Origin: Octopus sinensis
Lineage: Eukaryota
DNA length: 64,000 bases
Reading direction: 5' to 3'
Assembly: GCF_006345805.1 (NCBI RefSeq)
Contig: NC_042999.1
Location: 19,220,001 to 19,284,000 of the forward strand
This document shows, piece by piece, positions 24,571 through 38,995 of the stretch. The notes below the pieces were generated by a model. That model was not told the origin of the DNA and made no database searches. It was given only the letters and a program-made list of their open reading frames with translations. The translations under genes and the position numbers were made by a program. Numbering within the stretch: position 1 is the stretch's first letter; every line of letters starts with the position of its first letter.

Positions 24571-25449
24571 ATTGCAGAAATGTTCTTCAAATTATATTTG
24601 TATTGACGATCATACTGAAGATCAACGGATAAATCGCGTAAGTAAAATACGTAATCTGTTGATAGTGAAACATTGTTTATGGTTAATCTATATTTTTGTT
24701 TCTTTTCATTTGTCTTGCTCGCTTACGTTCTGGTGTTTGTTAAATTTTCTTGAGAATATTTCTTAGAAGTAAGACCATATCGGATCTACTTCAAGCATAA
24801 TGATTGTCCACATAGTGGTCATCCCTCTCGTATGCATGTAATAAAATTTACTGAACCTTCAGTTTTTTTATATGCTAGACGTGGCGTCATTAGTAACGAC
24901 TGGCTATATATATATGTGTGCGTGTAAGTATGTGTGTGTGTGTGTGAGTGCGTGTGTACGTACGTACATAAAACACACTAAGTGCCAGTATTTTGTCACG
25001 TTTCAATGATTACTTAATTATCTTCTCTGTTATTTTAATATTTATGGAAAGAAAGAGTTTTATATTTTATGACTAATTAGCAGAGGTTGCCTGTGTCACA
25101 TGGAATTGTAGAATTAAACTTTTATGTTTTCTCTAATTAACTGGAATACCTATCATTTGAATTTCATCAAAATAAAAATTTTAATCAGGGTTCCTTCTCT
25201 CCTTACACAACCTAACAAAAATTCTAATCATGAGACATTTATCCCATACTACTTATCTTTATATCCAGATTCCAAAATCCAAATCTTATGGAATCTATTC
25301 AATGTTTTTGCTCCTGAAAAATGGAGCTCATGGAGCTCTAAAATGTGGAAGTTAAGGCTCATATTGTAGGGAGGGTCTTAAAGTCAACCAGAAAAGTTGA
25401 CTTATTGGACATCTTTTTAACTTGAGTCCTATATCTATTACTTTTTTAG

Positions 25450-25848
25450 TCATTTACTTGTTTCAATCATTTGATTGCGGCTATGCTGGAGCACCGCCTT
25501 TAGTCGAGCAACTCGACCTCGGGACATATTCTTTGTAAACCCAGTACTTATTCTATCGGTCTCTTTTGCCGGACCGCTAAGTGACGGGGACATAAACACA
25601 CCAGCAACGGTTGTCGAGCAATGCTAGGAGGACAAACACAGACACACAGACATACACGCACACATATATATATATATATTTACATATACACGACGGTCTT
25701 CTTTCAGTTTCCATCTACCAAATCCATTCACAAGGCTCTGATCGGTCCGAGGCTATAGTAGAAGACACTTGCCCAAGGTGCCACGCAGTGGGACTGAACC
25801 CGCAACCATGTGGTTGGTAAGCAAGCTACTTACCACAGGGCCACTCCT
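25450..25848 (-). mobile_element. SINE A
   Basis: Homologous to other A copies. Confidence 0.9.
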
Positions 25849-26275
25849 GTTCAAATTTTGTTCAAATTTCTTTGAAATCGGAAATATATGTATGTTCACT
25901 GGGTTTGTAAAAGAGAGCAAAGGTACAGGAAACCAAAAGACGAATGATCAAAATAAGCAGTCAGCTACTCTACCGTAATCGTGTGGTCATCTTCAATCAA
26001 GTAGACCTGAAATCAAAAGTCATGCAATCATGGCACACCGTGTTACTTCTAGGCATATTATATGACAGAATACATTTTACGGAGTGACTTTTTTTTAAGA
26101 CTTCAGGATGTTTTAGAAAAAACATTTAGTAAATATTTCCTAAAGCTACGGCAACGAGTTATATATCTCGAAATCTGTAAGATTTTGAGAAAGTGACTTC
26201 CAAGCAGATTAATAATCTTTATAAGAAGAATTAATAGGGATCAACGGAATTTGACCATAACTGATTTTACTTCAG

Positions 26276-26470
26276 TTTACAAATATCGGATGGTGGCTTA
26301 CTAGATTATTTAAAATTATGGACGATGGCAGTAATTTGTTCAACAAAAACACCGAAGGGCAAGTAGTCCTTGGATACCTAGCTTTAACAGACACAAATCT
26401 GTTACACGTACTCAAGTCAGATGTCCGTTCAGAGATTGGTTTCCTTCTACCAAACATAACAGATCTGGAA
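26276..26470 (+). CDS. Possible 195-nt phase-0 coding exon, product unknown
   Basis: ttttacttcag acceptor; open frame FTNIGWWLTRLFKIMDDG...LLPNITDLE; weak donor gtagtt. Confidence 0.27.
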
Positions 26471-26625
26471 GTAGTTATGAATGTTAACATTCATCTAATG
26501 ATTAAGTCATGCATAAAATTTAAATAAATAAACAGCTGATGCTAAATGTAAATTGTCATGTGTTAGTTACAGATTACAGATCACAGAATAGAAATATTTT
26601 AATAAAATATTTCAGAAGTATTAAT

Positions 26626-27075
26626 AGGCGCAGGAGTGGCTGTGTGGTAAGTAGCATGCTTACCAACCACATGGTTCCGGGTTCAGTCCCACTACGTGGC
26701 ACCTTGGGCAAGTGTCTTCTACTATAGCCTCGGGCCGACCAAAGCCTTGTGAGTGGATTTGGTAGACAGAAACTGAAAGAAACCGGTCGTAAATATGTAT
26801 GTGTATATATATGAGTATGTGTATATATATGAGTATGTGTATATATATGAGTGTGTGTATATATATGAGTGTGTGTATATATATGTGCGTGTTTGTTCCT
26901 GCAACATCGCTTGACAACCGATGCTAGTGTGTTAACGTCCCCTTACTTAGCGGTTTGGCAAAAAAGACCGATAGAATAAGTACTAGGTTTACAAAGTATA
27001 AGTACTGGGGTCAATTTGCTCGACTATAGGCGGCGCTCCAGCATGGCCGCAGTCAAATGACTGAAACAGGTAAAA
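26626..27075 (+). mobile_element. SINE A with internal 18-bp minisatellite
   Basis: aggcgcaggagtggctgtgtggtaag head; gagt(a/g)tgtgtatatatat repeated about four times at 26810-26885. Confidence 0.92.
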
Positions 27076-27949
27076 AAAAAAGCTAATGATTTTATCTGAA
27101 ACCGTGTGTTGAAACTAAAACAATTACAGCGTCGAACACACATATTAGGAACACAGCTAAATTCACTCAAACATTTATTATTTGGTACCAAAGTGTCCGT
27201 CACATCAACAGTAGCTAGTCACTGACACAGTTCTACAGCTACCATTACTAAGTATGTTCAGAGAAAAGTCTAGCTGCGTTCTACATGCGTTGGTTGGAAG
27301 TTGACATCGATTGTTCTATAAGAGTCTAGGGAAAAGGTATGTAATTTAATTCAATACTGCTGGATAAATTTCTAATTGTCTGAAACTATTGTTTCGATAT
27401 ATTGTTGCATATATTTCTTAAATAAACAGAGTGTTGCTGTAGCAAACAATGATTGCGCTGTCCTTTACTGTGACATAAATATTCTTGTCAGAATGAATTG
27501 TATTATCGTTTCAATTCATTTAAACACTTGTTACACTGTAGTTTTACAGGTTAACAATATTTTGATCAGATAATAATGTCCACAATAATACGAGATAATG
27601 AAGGAACAGCTACGTAGTCACACACACACCGCTTAAAATAGCTTCCAAATCGCCTTCAGGTTATACACTTAAATCTTAAAACATCTAACAAATCAGATAA
27701 GGTAATCCGGATTGCATTTTTCTAAAAGAATACAGTGTAGCGTCATATTTTGATTACTATTGACCAGAGATCTCGACTCTTGGTTAAGAACAACAGTGAT
27801 TTTAGTGCTATCTACGTATTCCTGTGTACGTTTTCTGGATAAGGGAACGCATACTACAAATCGGATCTCCACAGTGTTAACAGTATTCACAAGCGCCTGG
27901 ATAATATATAGTTTCAGGCAAGCCTAGACGGAAACAAATGTAAAAATGC

Positions 27950-28145
27950 ACTTATTATTATTATTACTACTACTACTATTACTACTACTACTACTTACTA
28001 CTACTACTACTACTACTACTACTATTACTACTACTACTACTACTATTACTACTACTACTATATATTATTATTATTATTACTACTACTATACTACTACTAC
28101 TACTATATATTATTATTATTATTATTATTATTATATTATTATTAT

Positions 28146-28207
<62 letters not shown>

Positions 28208-28290
28208 TTATTATTATTATTTTTATTATTATTATTATTATTATTATTACTACTACTACTACTACTATTATTAGTATTATTATTATTATT
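27950..28290. repeat. (TAC/TAT)n microsatellite
   Basis: Directly visible. Confidence 0.95.
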
Positions 28291-29271
28291 ATTGATATCA
28301 TTGTTCTTTTTGTTCTTTTCTTGCAGTTGTTGTTGCTGATATATTTTGTTCTTTATGTTATTGATGTTGTCTTTGCTGTTGAAAGTTGATGGTTGGTGGA
28401 GATATTGATATTAATGTTCAGCTACAGGCCAATTCTGACGTACTAAGCCTCATTATTTACCCGCATATATGTAAAGAAAATTAATGTTGCATTATAATTT
28501 TTTGAATGCCATAGTATTTTCATACAAATTATACACTGAAAAATATCGCTAAAATGTTACCCACAACTGACAAACGAAGCATTTACACCCAAACGATTAT
28601 TTAGTATAAATTACCAAGCTATGTGGTAATAAACCAAATGTCTTTTGTTTTTATTTTTCTCAATATCGTGACGCCACCACAAGTGGTATACACTTATGAA
28701 TTATCCCCTAAAACTACTCATTTTGAAAAATAAAAATAGTTTAAGCCTCAGATAGCAAAACTATCAGTCTTTAGTTTAAAGAATTTATTAATTTTCTCGG
28801 TAAAACCATTCTTCACACAACATTTTTACACATTTAACTTGCCTTCAAAAGATTATCCACTCATGATGTAGAGGATCCCAAGTTGACCCGATGTAAAAAC
28901 AATTTATCTTTGATATATAACTTTAACATGAAATTGTCACCGTCTTACACAGTGGTTGTCAAACATTTTTTAACTATAAACCCCTTCTATTTCCCAATTT
29001 TACTTAGGTGGACCCTCAGGAGCATCCGATGCGTTTAAAGTGAGGTATAGAGCCAAATATTAAAACTTAGATGACACATATGGCAACGACTTTAATAAAG
29101 AAACCTTACGCATTGTGAAGCGACGAATACAGTAGTGGTTGTATTCCTGGATTCATTAGGTATATATACAAAGAGACGACGCGGTCAAGACTGAGAAGAT
29201 TTTGGTCTTAGATCTGCCCAATGAAGACCGCTTTGGTATTAAAAAATAATGAATCTACTATATTTGCACAC

Positions 29272-30100
29272 TCTTTTACTCTTTTACTTGTTTCAGTCAT
29301 TTGACTGTAGCCATGCTGGAGCACCGCCTTTAGTCGAGCAAATCGACCCCAGGAGTTATTCTTTGGATGCCTAGTACTTATTCTATCGGTCTCTTTTTGC
29401 CGAACCGCTAAGTTACAATGACGTAAACACCCCAGAATCGGTAGTCAAGCGATGTTGGGGAGACAAACACAAACGCATAAACATACACACATACACTTGT
29501 ATATATACATATATATGGCGGGCTTCTTTTAGTTTCCGTCAACCAAATCCACTCACAAAGCTTTGCTCGGCCCGAGGCTATAGTAGAAGACACTTGCCCA
29601 AGGTGCCACGCAGTGGGACTGAACCCGGAACCATGTGGTTGGTAAGCAAACTACTCACCACACAGCCACTCCTACGCCTTTACTTACCACACAGCCACTC
29701 CTACGCCTATACTTACCACACAGTCACTCCTACACCTGTGATGTGTTTACAGTACTATTGCCGAACCGATACTGTTACGGGGACATAAACACACCAGCAT
29801 CGGTAGTCAAGCAATGTTGGGGGACAAACATAGACGCATAAACATACACACACACAATTGTATATATATACATATATATGGCAGGCTTCTTTCAGTTTCC
29901 GTCTACCAAATCCACTCACAAAGCTTTGGTCGGCCCGAGGCTATAGTAGAAGACACTTGCCCAAGCTGCCACGCAGTGGGACTGAACCCGGAACCATGTG
30001 GTTGGTAAGCAAACTACTTACTTCACTGTCACTCCTACACCTATACTTTCCAGACAACAACTCCTACGTCGATACTTACCACACAGCCACTCCTACGCCT
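29272..30100 (-). mobile_element. Tandemly duplicated SINE A pair with triplicated 5' ends
   Basis: Units of about 360 bp (29400-29758 and 29759-30121) share the head triplication and the flank tgatgtgtttaca.tactatt. Confidence 0.88.
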
Positions 30101-30629
30101 ATGATGTGTTTACAATACTATTCACGAAAATGGAATATGTGAACTATTGTACATATTGTACATGAAATATGCTGATGACCTCTGATAAAAATAATAACAT
30201 TCGTAGCTTATACTATGGAGAAATGCAGATTGTTTTGTTAATGTCTACCAAGATACGCCAATCGCCAGATGACAAAGAGTTCAGAAATAACACCTCTTTG
30301 TGGTTGTTGACTGCAAGCATAACAGAACAGGTTTATATTTATTTTTATTGGTTGTTGATATAAGTTTTCATTGAATTCTCTGACGAAACATTGGAAACAA
30401 TATAATTAAAACGACGAATTAAAATATATGCAAAGCGTAAATAAATAAACAAATAAGTAAATGTCAAAGCTCCAGCGAAAATGTCTCAAAGAGTAAAGTT
30501 TATAAGAATTAAAATCAAAAGTTTCGATTAAATAACTCGGATATATAATGCCTGGCTGGTCATCAGCATATTTCATGTACAAATAATTCACATATTCCAT
30601 TTTCGTGAATAGTTCTGTAAACACATCAT
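30101..30629. mobile_element. MITE-like foldback element with TIRs of about 70 bp
   Basis: 30101-30180 is the reverse complement of 30558-30629 apart from a short internal duplication and a few substitutions. Confidence 0.85.
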
Positions 30630-30874
30630 TTTCCCGAGGGAGATATTTAAAAAACAGTTTATTCATATTTCTAAAAACAAAAATATTTTACGCATTAGTT
30701 ATTAGTTTTCAGCTATAAAATAAGACTGTTGCTTTATAAATACAATATAAAATAACACATTTAAATATTCTTACAAGTATATAAACGTTCATCAGCTGCA
30801 AAGTACATTAAAACTCGCATGTATTCATAAACACGAATAGACACGAACATACTTCTGTATACATATTCACACAC

Positions 30875-31386
<512 letters not shown>

Positions 31387-32096
31387 TAGTGAGAGAGAAA
31401 GAGAGAATGATTTCTTACTGTGAATGAGTTTATGTATGTTTTATATTGAAAACATATCTGTTTTCGATTTTAATCTTTTTATGCAAGATTATTTTTTCTA
31501 CGTCATTTTTAATCTTCTCTGTGTATTTCAGGTAAAAGCGTTCTAAAATTCATTCATTTTTCCACATCTCAGTCTTCTGTTTCAAACGATTATACATTAG
31601 CTATATGTTGGTGGTGCATTTTTCAATATGGACTAAAAGTACATGGGGTACTATTCTAGTTGTCACAATCATCATCGATAGATTTAAAACTGCCTATCGG
31701 TTAAACAGCGTCATTTCATTTGATTTAACTTATTTTGTCACTATGCTTTTACTATTAGTATGTTACCCCGTTCAAAAGCGTCGTTTTGTTGAAGCGCTAT
31801 ACAAGAGCGTTGTCCGTTGAACTAATATTTGTATATGTAGGTTTTCTTTTGAATATTGTAATGATTTGTGACGACTCATTGTAAACGATCAGTTAGGCAA
31901 TGAAAAGCTTTCGTACCTGCGTACGCGATATAGCGGTTTGATTCATAAAGTTTATAGTGTTAGGAAAGCGTTGAAATATTTCTAGTAAATACTTTTCTGA
32001 ATTATTTATGGAGTTCAAAATGTTGTGGTTTGAAGTTGATATCATTTCTGTAATTCAATTATGAGTGGATGATTAAAGGTAGTTACCTGGTAGAGT

Positions 32097-32400
32097 ATGG
32101 AGGCACATAGCCTAGTGGTTAAAGCAGCGGACTAGCGGTCGAGAGATCGCGGGTTCGAATCTCAGACCGGGCGATGTGTGTGTTTATGAGCGAAATACCT
32201 AAGCTCCACGCGGATTCGGCAGAAGGTAATGGCGAAACTTCTGCTGACTCTTTCGCCACAATTTTCTCTCATTCTTTCCTCCTGCATCTTGCAGCTCACC
32301 TGCGACGGACGGGCGTCCCGTCGAGGCGGGGAATCTCTACGCCAAGGAAACCGGGAAACCGGCCCTAATGAGCCAGGCGTTGCTCGAGATGGAAAAAACA
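32097..32400 (+). mobile_element. SINE C nested in a SINE B head
   Basis: 12-bp TSD acctggtagagt at 32085-32096 and 32401-32412; host SINE B continues to about 32530. Confidence 0.92.
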
Positions 32401-33327
32401 ACCTGGTAGAGTCGTTAGCACACCGGACAAATTAGTTAGGAACATGTCGTCCGTCTTTACTTCCTGAGTTCAAATTTCGCCGAGGTCGACTTTAATTTTC
32501 ATCATTTCGAGTTCGATAAAATAAGCATTGTGTACTACAGTAGAAAAGAATAATGTGCATATCATTAGTTGTAAAATGGGACAATGTGCCTCAGTCGTTA
32601 GCACGCACAATAAATACTTGGGTGGCATTTCTTTCGTCTCTTTATGTCCTGAGTTTAAACCTTGTCAAGTTCAACATCACCTTTTAACCCTTAGGATTCA
32701 ATAAAATAAACTACCACTGGCGTCGATGTAATCGACTTCTTTCCTTCTCCTTAAAATTTGCAGGACTTGAACCTTGCAGCGGACTAGCATGCTGCTCAAG
32801 AGACGTTTATCATCTGGGATACATTGAGTTCCTGTAACCGGCTAACCAGCTTAATGAGCCCTGAGGCCCAGAGAAAATATGGAACATATCTACGACCACG
32901 ATATATTGTGCACTATTTATTTTTAACACGGATTCATCTATTGTAAATACGGTACAATTGGTTCATGCAGTTTCAATACATATGGGATCTGTGTTTTACC
33001 CTGTATGGAAAATAAATTATGGAAATAACCACGAATTAGCTGTTGATCAACTTTTATTTCAACGATGACAAACTCAGAAGTTAAAACAATATTCCAATAA
33101 ATGTTTGAAACAAAAATACTCACGTCACTGTCATTTGTTTTCAGAAAATTAATCTAGTATGGCCTTGATATTTAAATGCAGAGCAAATCGCTATTGTAGT
33201 AAACAAACTTATACAATAAATACCAAATATAAAAAAAACATCATTCAAATTATTCATAAATAGATTAAAAATGATTATAATTTAATTTTCAATGTGACAC
33301 ATTTTAAAGAAAAGCTTCCTCTCTCTT

Positions 33328-33384
<57 letters not shown>

Positions 33385-33454
33385 TGTGTGTGTGTGTGTA
33401 TATACATATATATGTGTGTGTGTATGTGTGTGTGGTATGTACATACATATATAT

Positions 33455-33650
33455 GGGGAGAATTCACGAAAAAACAAAAGACGAAGACAGGTGGTTTAGA
33501 AAACAACAGATGATTTAGTATAACGCTGAGGAATTGAAAATTTCTTTTACGTTTCCAGCCTACGCTCTTCTACAGAAAGGGACACAGAAAAAAACAAGGA
33601 GAGAAACAAAGAGAGAAAAAGATATGTGTGTAGTGGCTAACGATCTATCA
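33455..33650 (-). repeat. Family H repeat, copy 2
   Basis: Homologous to 44952-45150; flanked by TA/TG tracts. Confidence 0.88.
33544..33579 (-). ncRNA. Variant minimal type I hammerhead-like motif
   Basis: CUUU CUGU-A-GA-A GAGC-GUAG-GCUG GAA ACGU A AAAG. Confidence 0.4.
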
Positions 33651-33849
33651 AAGTGATATATATATATATATATTGAACTATTTCCTCAATGCAACCGGCT
33701 CTGTAGAAAATATATGTTATCGCACTGGCACTCAACTCTCAGTGCACAGTTTCCTTTCTCCAAAACAATTGTAAGATAATAGGGATAAGGTAAATCCTGT
33801 TGTTTTTTTTTTATCTTTTATTTACTTATTGACATCAGGTATGAAAGAA

Positions 33850-34100
33850 AACAGCGAGGTAGCAGAATCTGAGTTCTGAGATCAAATTCCGCCGAGGTCG
33901 ACTTTGCCTTTATCCTTTCGGGGTCGATGTAGCACAAATAGTGCACTCGCATCCATGCAATCGAATCCCCACTTCCCCAAAATTTAAGCAGAGTGCTGAC
34001 TGAATCATTGACACGACAGACAAAATACTTTGCAGCATTTCTTTCAGACTTACCTTTTTGATTTCAAATTCCAACGAGGTTGACTTTACCGCTCATCGTT
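33850..34100 (+). mobile_element. Two degenerate SINE B fragments
   Basis: aaattccgccgaggtcgactttgcc and aaattccaacgaggttgactttacc cores. Confidence 0.65.
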
Positions 34101-34371
34101 TGTAGTTTTGATTCGAGAATGTATATGATTTAGATATCATAGAGAAGCAGTTGTTGAAGCTGAAGATGGCTTTATTGAAAAACATTATAGAAATGATGGT
34201 ATATTTTTCATCCTCGTAGCATTCTCGATAAATAAAGGTATTATCTTTTATTATCTGTTATTATATATCTGTTTTTTTTATAAACATAAATCTGTCCTCA
34301 AATATCATACGCACCCTGTATATATCATAAGGTTTTTTTAATTCTACGTGAGGAATTTATGTACATTTATT

Positions 34372-34620
34372 TACTTACTTGTACTTGTGGAGACATTCAC
34401 CCTGGACGAGTTGAGTCGGCTTCTTCCACCAACCTCGAGGCATCTCGAACCATGACAGTGGAAGAGGTTTCGTGGGAATATGAATTTCACAAGAGGTCCC
34501 CAACAATCCTGCATGTAGAGACATCCTGCTTGCCGTAGATTGTCCGCAGACGCAGAGACAGAACGACCGAGGAGCAGCCGGTTGCCGAAACAGATACCCC
34601 GAGGATTTTCACCAGAGCCC
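34372..34620 (-). mobile_element. RTE-clade LINE 3' end fragment
   Basis: Minus strand reads MVRDASRLVEEADSTRPG*MSPQVQ with a caagtaagtaa tail, resembling RTE 3' ends from recall. Confidence 0.5.
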
Positions 34621-35419
34621 CGTCTGCCGGGTTGTGGCACTCGGTGTCAGACCAATCCGCCTTAGGTGGCCCTACCAAGAATCGAAATTCCCGACGGCAT
34701 AGCTCTGACACTACCCGTTGCCAGCGTCCCCACCACGGTGAGGAGGGGATGGACTTTGGGGACTCAGGAACGTCACCTAATAGAAATTTAAGAAAAATAA
34801 TTGTTCCGAAAAGTTGTGTCACTCACCACTTTTACGGTTCTTCGGCTTCACAATGCTGTAATATACGTAAGAATGAATGCCACTTTTAGATTTCGTTTAG
34901 TTTATCGTTGTTGTTACTTTTTAGCTCGCCTCCTCTTAAATGAACTAATCTAAAGATATTCCATTCGAAAAATCTTTATATAAACATCTATGTGTATATT
35001 TGCGCATAAATGTGTGTACCTGGGTGAATTCCTACAAGTTTACTTCACGATGTATACACACAATCTGAGGTTCAGAAACACTAACATATACAAATATGTG
35101 TGTGTGTGGTTGTGTGTATACATGTCAAATATAAAATCAATAGGCGTTTGTGAGAATGCATATATATGTATGAGTGTACCCATGTCTTATTTTAAAAAAT
35201 ATATATATATATGAAGTAAGTAAATACGTTTCAAATTTTAACGGAGCAAATATTTACCAGACGTTCTTATTTTCCCTTCTGTCTGCCAACAAGGGATTCA
35301 TGGAACTGTATAATGAATACATCACTCTAAATTATGTGCAGGATTCCTTTCTTTGCCAACTGACAAACTTCTGGTATGGGCACTACATATATAAAGTATT
35401 GCGCTGATGCTGACAAGCA

Positions 35420-35847
35420 TGTTTAATATGTGTGTATGTATATATGCATACATATATAATATATATTTATACCTTTAAATATAGTTAGTAATATATATTT
35501 ATATATACGTATGTGTACAATTACACATACACATATGTATATGTATGTGTATATACATATAAATATATACAGGCTCGATATTCAGTCTGTCTGTGTGTTT
35601 TGTGCGTGATCTGCCAATGTGTTTGACTCCCAGTGTGTTTTTACACTATCGTTACTATCAATAACTTCGTTTTTTTCTCTCCATTTCTTTTACTATTTCT
35701 TGGTCCATTGTATCTGCTTTCTTTTTCTTTATTTCGGTTGTGTGAGTATTGGTGCTTGACCGTCTGAACGATTTACTTTTCTTCAAATTCTTTGGCTAGA
35801 TATATGACTGATTGACGTAACGTATGGAAAATTTATACACACATATA

Positions 35848-35904
<57 letters not shown>

Positions 35905-36300
35905 AACATATACATATCTATAAATTTATATATATATATATATATATATATAAATACATATATATATATATTCATATATATACATTTATATATATACAAA
36001 TTTATATATATATATACGTATGTATGTATATATATATATAAATTCATATAATATATATATGTATATATATACATATATATGTATATATACATATATATAC
36101 GTATATATATACATATACATATATATATATGTATATATACATATATATATGTATATATACATATATGTATATACATATACATATATATATATTATATATG
36201 TGTGCGTGTGTGTTTGTGTATATATATATATTTATTTATATATTATATATATATATTTATATTTATATATATATGTATGTATTTATGTAGTTATGTATGT
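35420..36300. repeat. (TA)n-rich low-complexity field
   Basis: Directly visible (main block 35840-36300). Confidence 0.9.
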
Positions 36301-37606
36301 ACATAGGAACAAAACTTTTGGCAGTTTTATTGTAGTAAATATGTATTTGGAATAAGAATTGATGGCTGCCAGCTGCAAGTTTTAACCAACTTAATCTTAC
36401 AGCAAATCAAATATAATTTGATGCAGAGCCCATGCTCACAATCTCAATGGTATTTGCATTCATTTTTTTTTTCAAACATTCTCTGATATATCAGTGTAAA
36501 GTAGTTCTTAACCTAAAATATCTATACTACAGATATTCATTTGCTAAGCAGTGACATTTCTAGATGAAGTGCTTTGCTTTCAGTTAACAAAAGTTTATAT
36601 CCTGCATCAGAACCAAAATCATATTAGGAGTTCAACTGCTAAATTTAATGTTTGTTTTTGTTATATTTGTTTATCACATGTGCTTCAATGAAAACGTCCT
36701 GCTAAATGTCCTACGTGTGTACATAGTGCTGCTTCTCTGAAGTATATTTCATTTGAACTATACAGTCTATATCATATAGTAGTTTCTACGTAACGACTGA
36801 CAAATAAAATTTACTGAACAACCAAATTTGAAATCCTTGGTATACTACACGCCTTATGTGTTTGTACGATAGATAGCGCAGTATAAAATCCATTATAGTG
36901 ACATCTGAATAAAGAAACGTAAAGGGAAATGTATGGTCACCATACTTGATTGTACACTTCACTTTCCGTTTCTTAATACGGCATTTTTTCTTTATATTTC
37001 ACTGGCAGTATTTTTGCGTTTCAGGAGAGCATGCATGCTGCAATAGTTCTTTTTTCTTTCCTCTTTCGCTTCCTGTAAATCTAAAAATAATTTTTATAAA
37101 TGTTGCTTTATGTTAATCCTCAACTTATAAAGTCATAAATCTCGCAACGATTACTATTGTAATCTGGAAACTCTTAAGACCAAAATACATATCTTTCTCC
37201 TGCAGACGTTTGATCCACCTGATATTGGAACAAATTACGTAAAGGGTACTTGACAGATAGCGAAATTGATGATACAGAAATGTGGGATTTTCAAAAGTGC
37301 ATGTTAGCAATTGGAACCTTTGAATAGAAAAAACAGGGCGGGATACCCAAATGTAGATATCTTATATATCCCTAATCCGCTGCATCACAATGTTGACGTT
37401 GTTCATGATATATTTGTATCATTAGTTCTCTTTCAACGTCTGTTTTTCTATCTTTGCATGACGTCAGTTAAATATTGGCCAGGTTTGTTACTAGATTCCC
37501 TGAAGCCAAAAGTCGCTATGCATAATGTGTTTTGCTCCTGGGACCAACGTTCAAGGAGGATAATTAAAACTGCTCTTTGATCCTAATTACATGGCTGGTT
37601 GACGAA

Positions 37607-37644
37607 TCTATATATATAAAACTCAACTTGTGTGTCTGTGTGTG

Positions 37645-37704
<60 letters not shown>

Positions 37705-38346
37705 CGTGTTTAACTTCCCGGCACATCTCCTCCTAGCCAACAAATCGTAGAACCACCCAAGATGGATCACTTAAAGTTTAGGCGAATGAAAATTGAACTG
37801 CGCTATTTCTGTTCCGAAATTCATCTCGCAAGTGCAAAAATCAATAATGTGTTTGTTTAGGCCTTATCCCATGCATTGAATAGGGAAGTTTACTCAGTCA
37901 GCTTTTTGACGTGAACTGTGTTCACCACGCGTGCAAGCATGCGTAAATTGCATGAAAAATAAAAAATCAAGATATAAAAACGAATCGCCGTAAACATTGT
38001 AGAAATTCGGCAAAGAAATGAATTTTCGGGATGTAGCCTGGAGGGATTTTTCGTATTAATCGTTTGGACTTTGTGAACACATACCGATTGTTTTTCATAA
38101 CATTTTAAACGCTTTGAATTAAATGTGACCATTTTGCGTTGAGTCTGCAGTTTGAATCACTTTAACCAAATTTTAGCAGGCCGGATTTCTGATCATCACG
38201 ATACATCGCCAGCGACTCCCTGAAACTCTCCCCTGAAATCCCCGTTGAGAAATCTATATATATAAAACTCAACTTGTGTGTCTGTGTGTTTAAATTTTGG
38301 ATCTACCAAGTTTCATTATTAAGGATGGAAAATAGTGTATAGCAAA
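37607..38346 (+). mobile_element. Two Helitron-like 5' ends lacking their own 3' ends
   Basis: a|TCTATATATATAAAACTCAACTTGTGTGTCTGTGTG occurs at 37607 and again at 38253. Confidence 0.6.
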
Positions 38347-38738
38347 TCTATATATATAAAGCTGAAGTTGTCTGTGTGTGGCAGGTTTGGTAGCCTTCAA
38401 CTAACACTATCTCCTTCGAGACCTTGCAGCGCAAGTTGACCAAAATTGAAAGTATGATAGCAGAAGGTTTGCTCTTCATTCTGTAAAAGATAAAATTCAA
38501 ATCGAACCATGTTAACACCACAAATTATTTATATCAAAAAGGTGCTTTTTTTTTCTATGAAAATCCCTATTTTTTTATTATTTGTGACTGCTGTGTCACC
38601 ATTTTTCGGTGTATTTCAACTGGAAAAATGTTCACTTGAAGAGAATAACAAGTTGCATAAGGCAAAATTGTTACTTTTCAAAAATTCCAATTCTAAAGGG
38701 TCGAAACAAACCCAAGCAACACCGGGTGATACTGCTAG
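38347..38738 (+). mobile_element. Complete non-autonomous Helitron (392 bp)
   Basis: 5' TC after A, 3' CTAG before T, and an imperfect GC hairpin cccaagcaacaccggg 8 nt upstream of CTAG. Confidence 0.85.
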
Positions 38739-38849
38739 TATGTCATAATTTGATTTTCCATTTTGATTAAGCTTTGTCAAAAATATAAGATATTCTTACT
38801 ACAGAAATTAACCAAGCATGGGATATCTCGTGATAAAATATTGATTTAA

Positions 38850-38995
38850 ATTTTGGCACAACGCCGGCAATTTGGAGGAAGAATAAGTCCCTAACATCAA
38901 CTCCAGTATTCAACTGGTACTTAGTTTATCGACGCCGGCGAAATGCCGCTAAGCAATTTGCCCGGTGTGTTAACGACTCTGCCAGCTTACCCCCT
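38850..38995 (-). mobile_element. Internally deleted SINE B
   Basis: B-type tail and head joined at gacgccggcgaaatgccgctaagc. Confidence 0.65.

Noticed and set aside
29640-29740. Three 28-bp direct repeats (CRISPR-like at a glance)
   Set aside because: There are no spacers; they are tandem copies of the SINE A 5' end in eukaryotic DNA.
30375-30420. CUGACGA...GAAAC inside the MITE
   Set aside because: No credible stem II or cleavage triplet.
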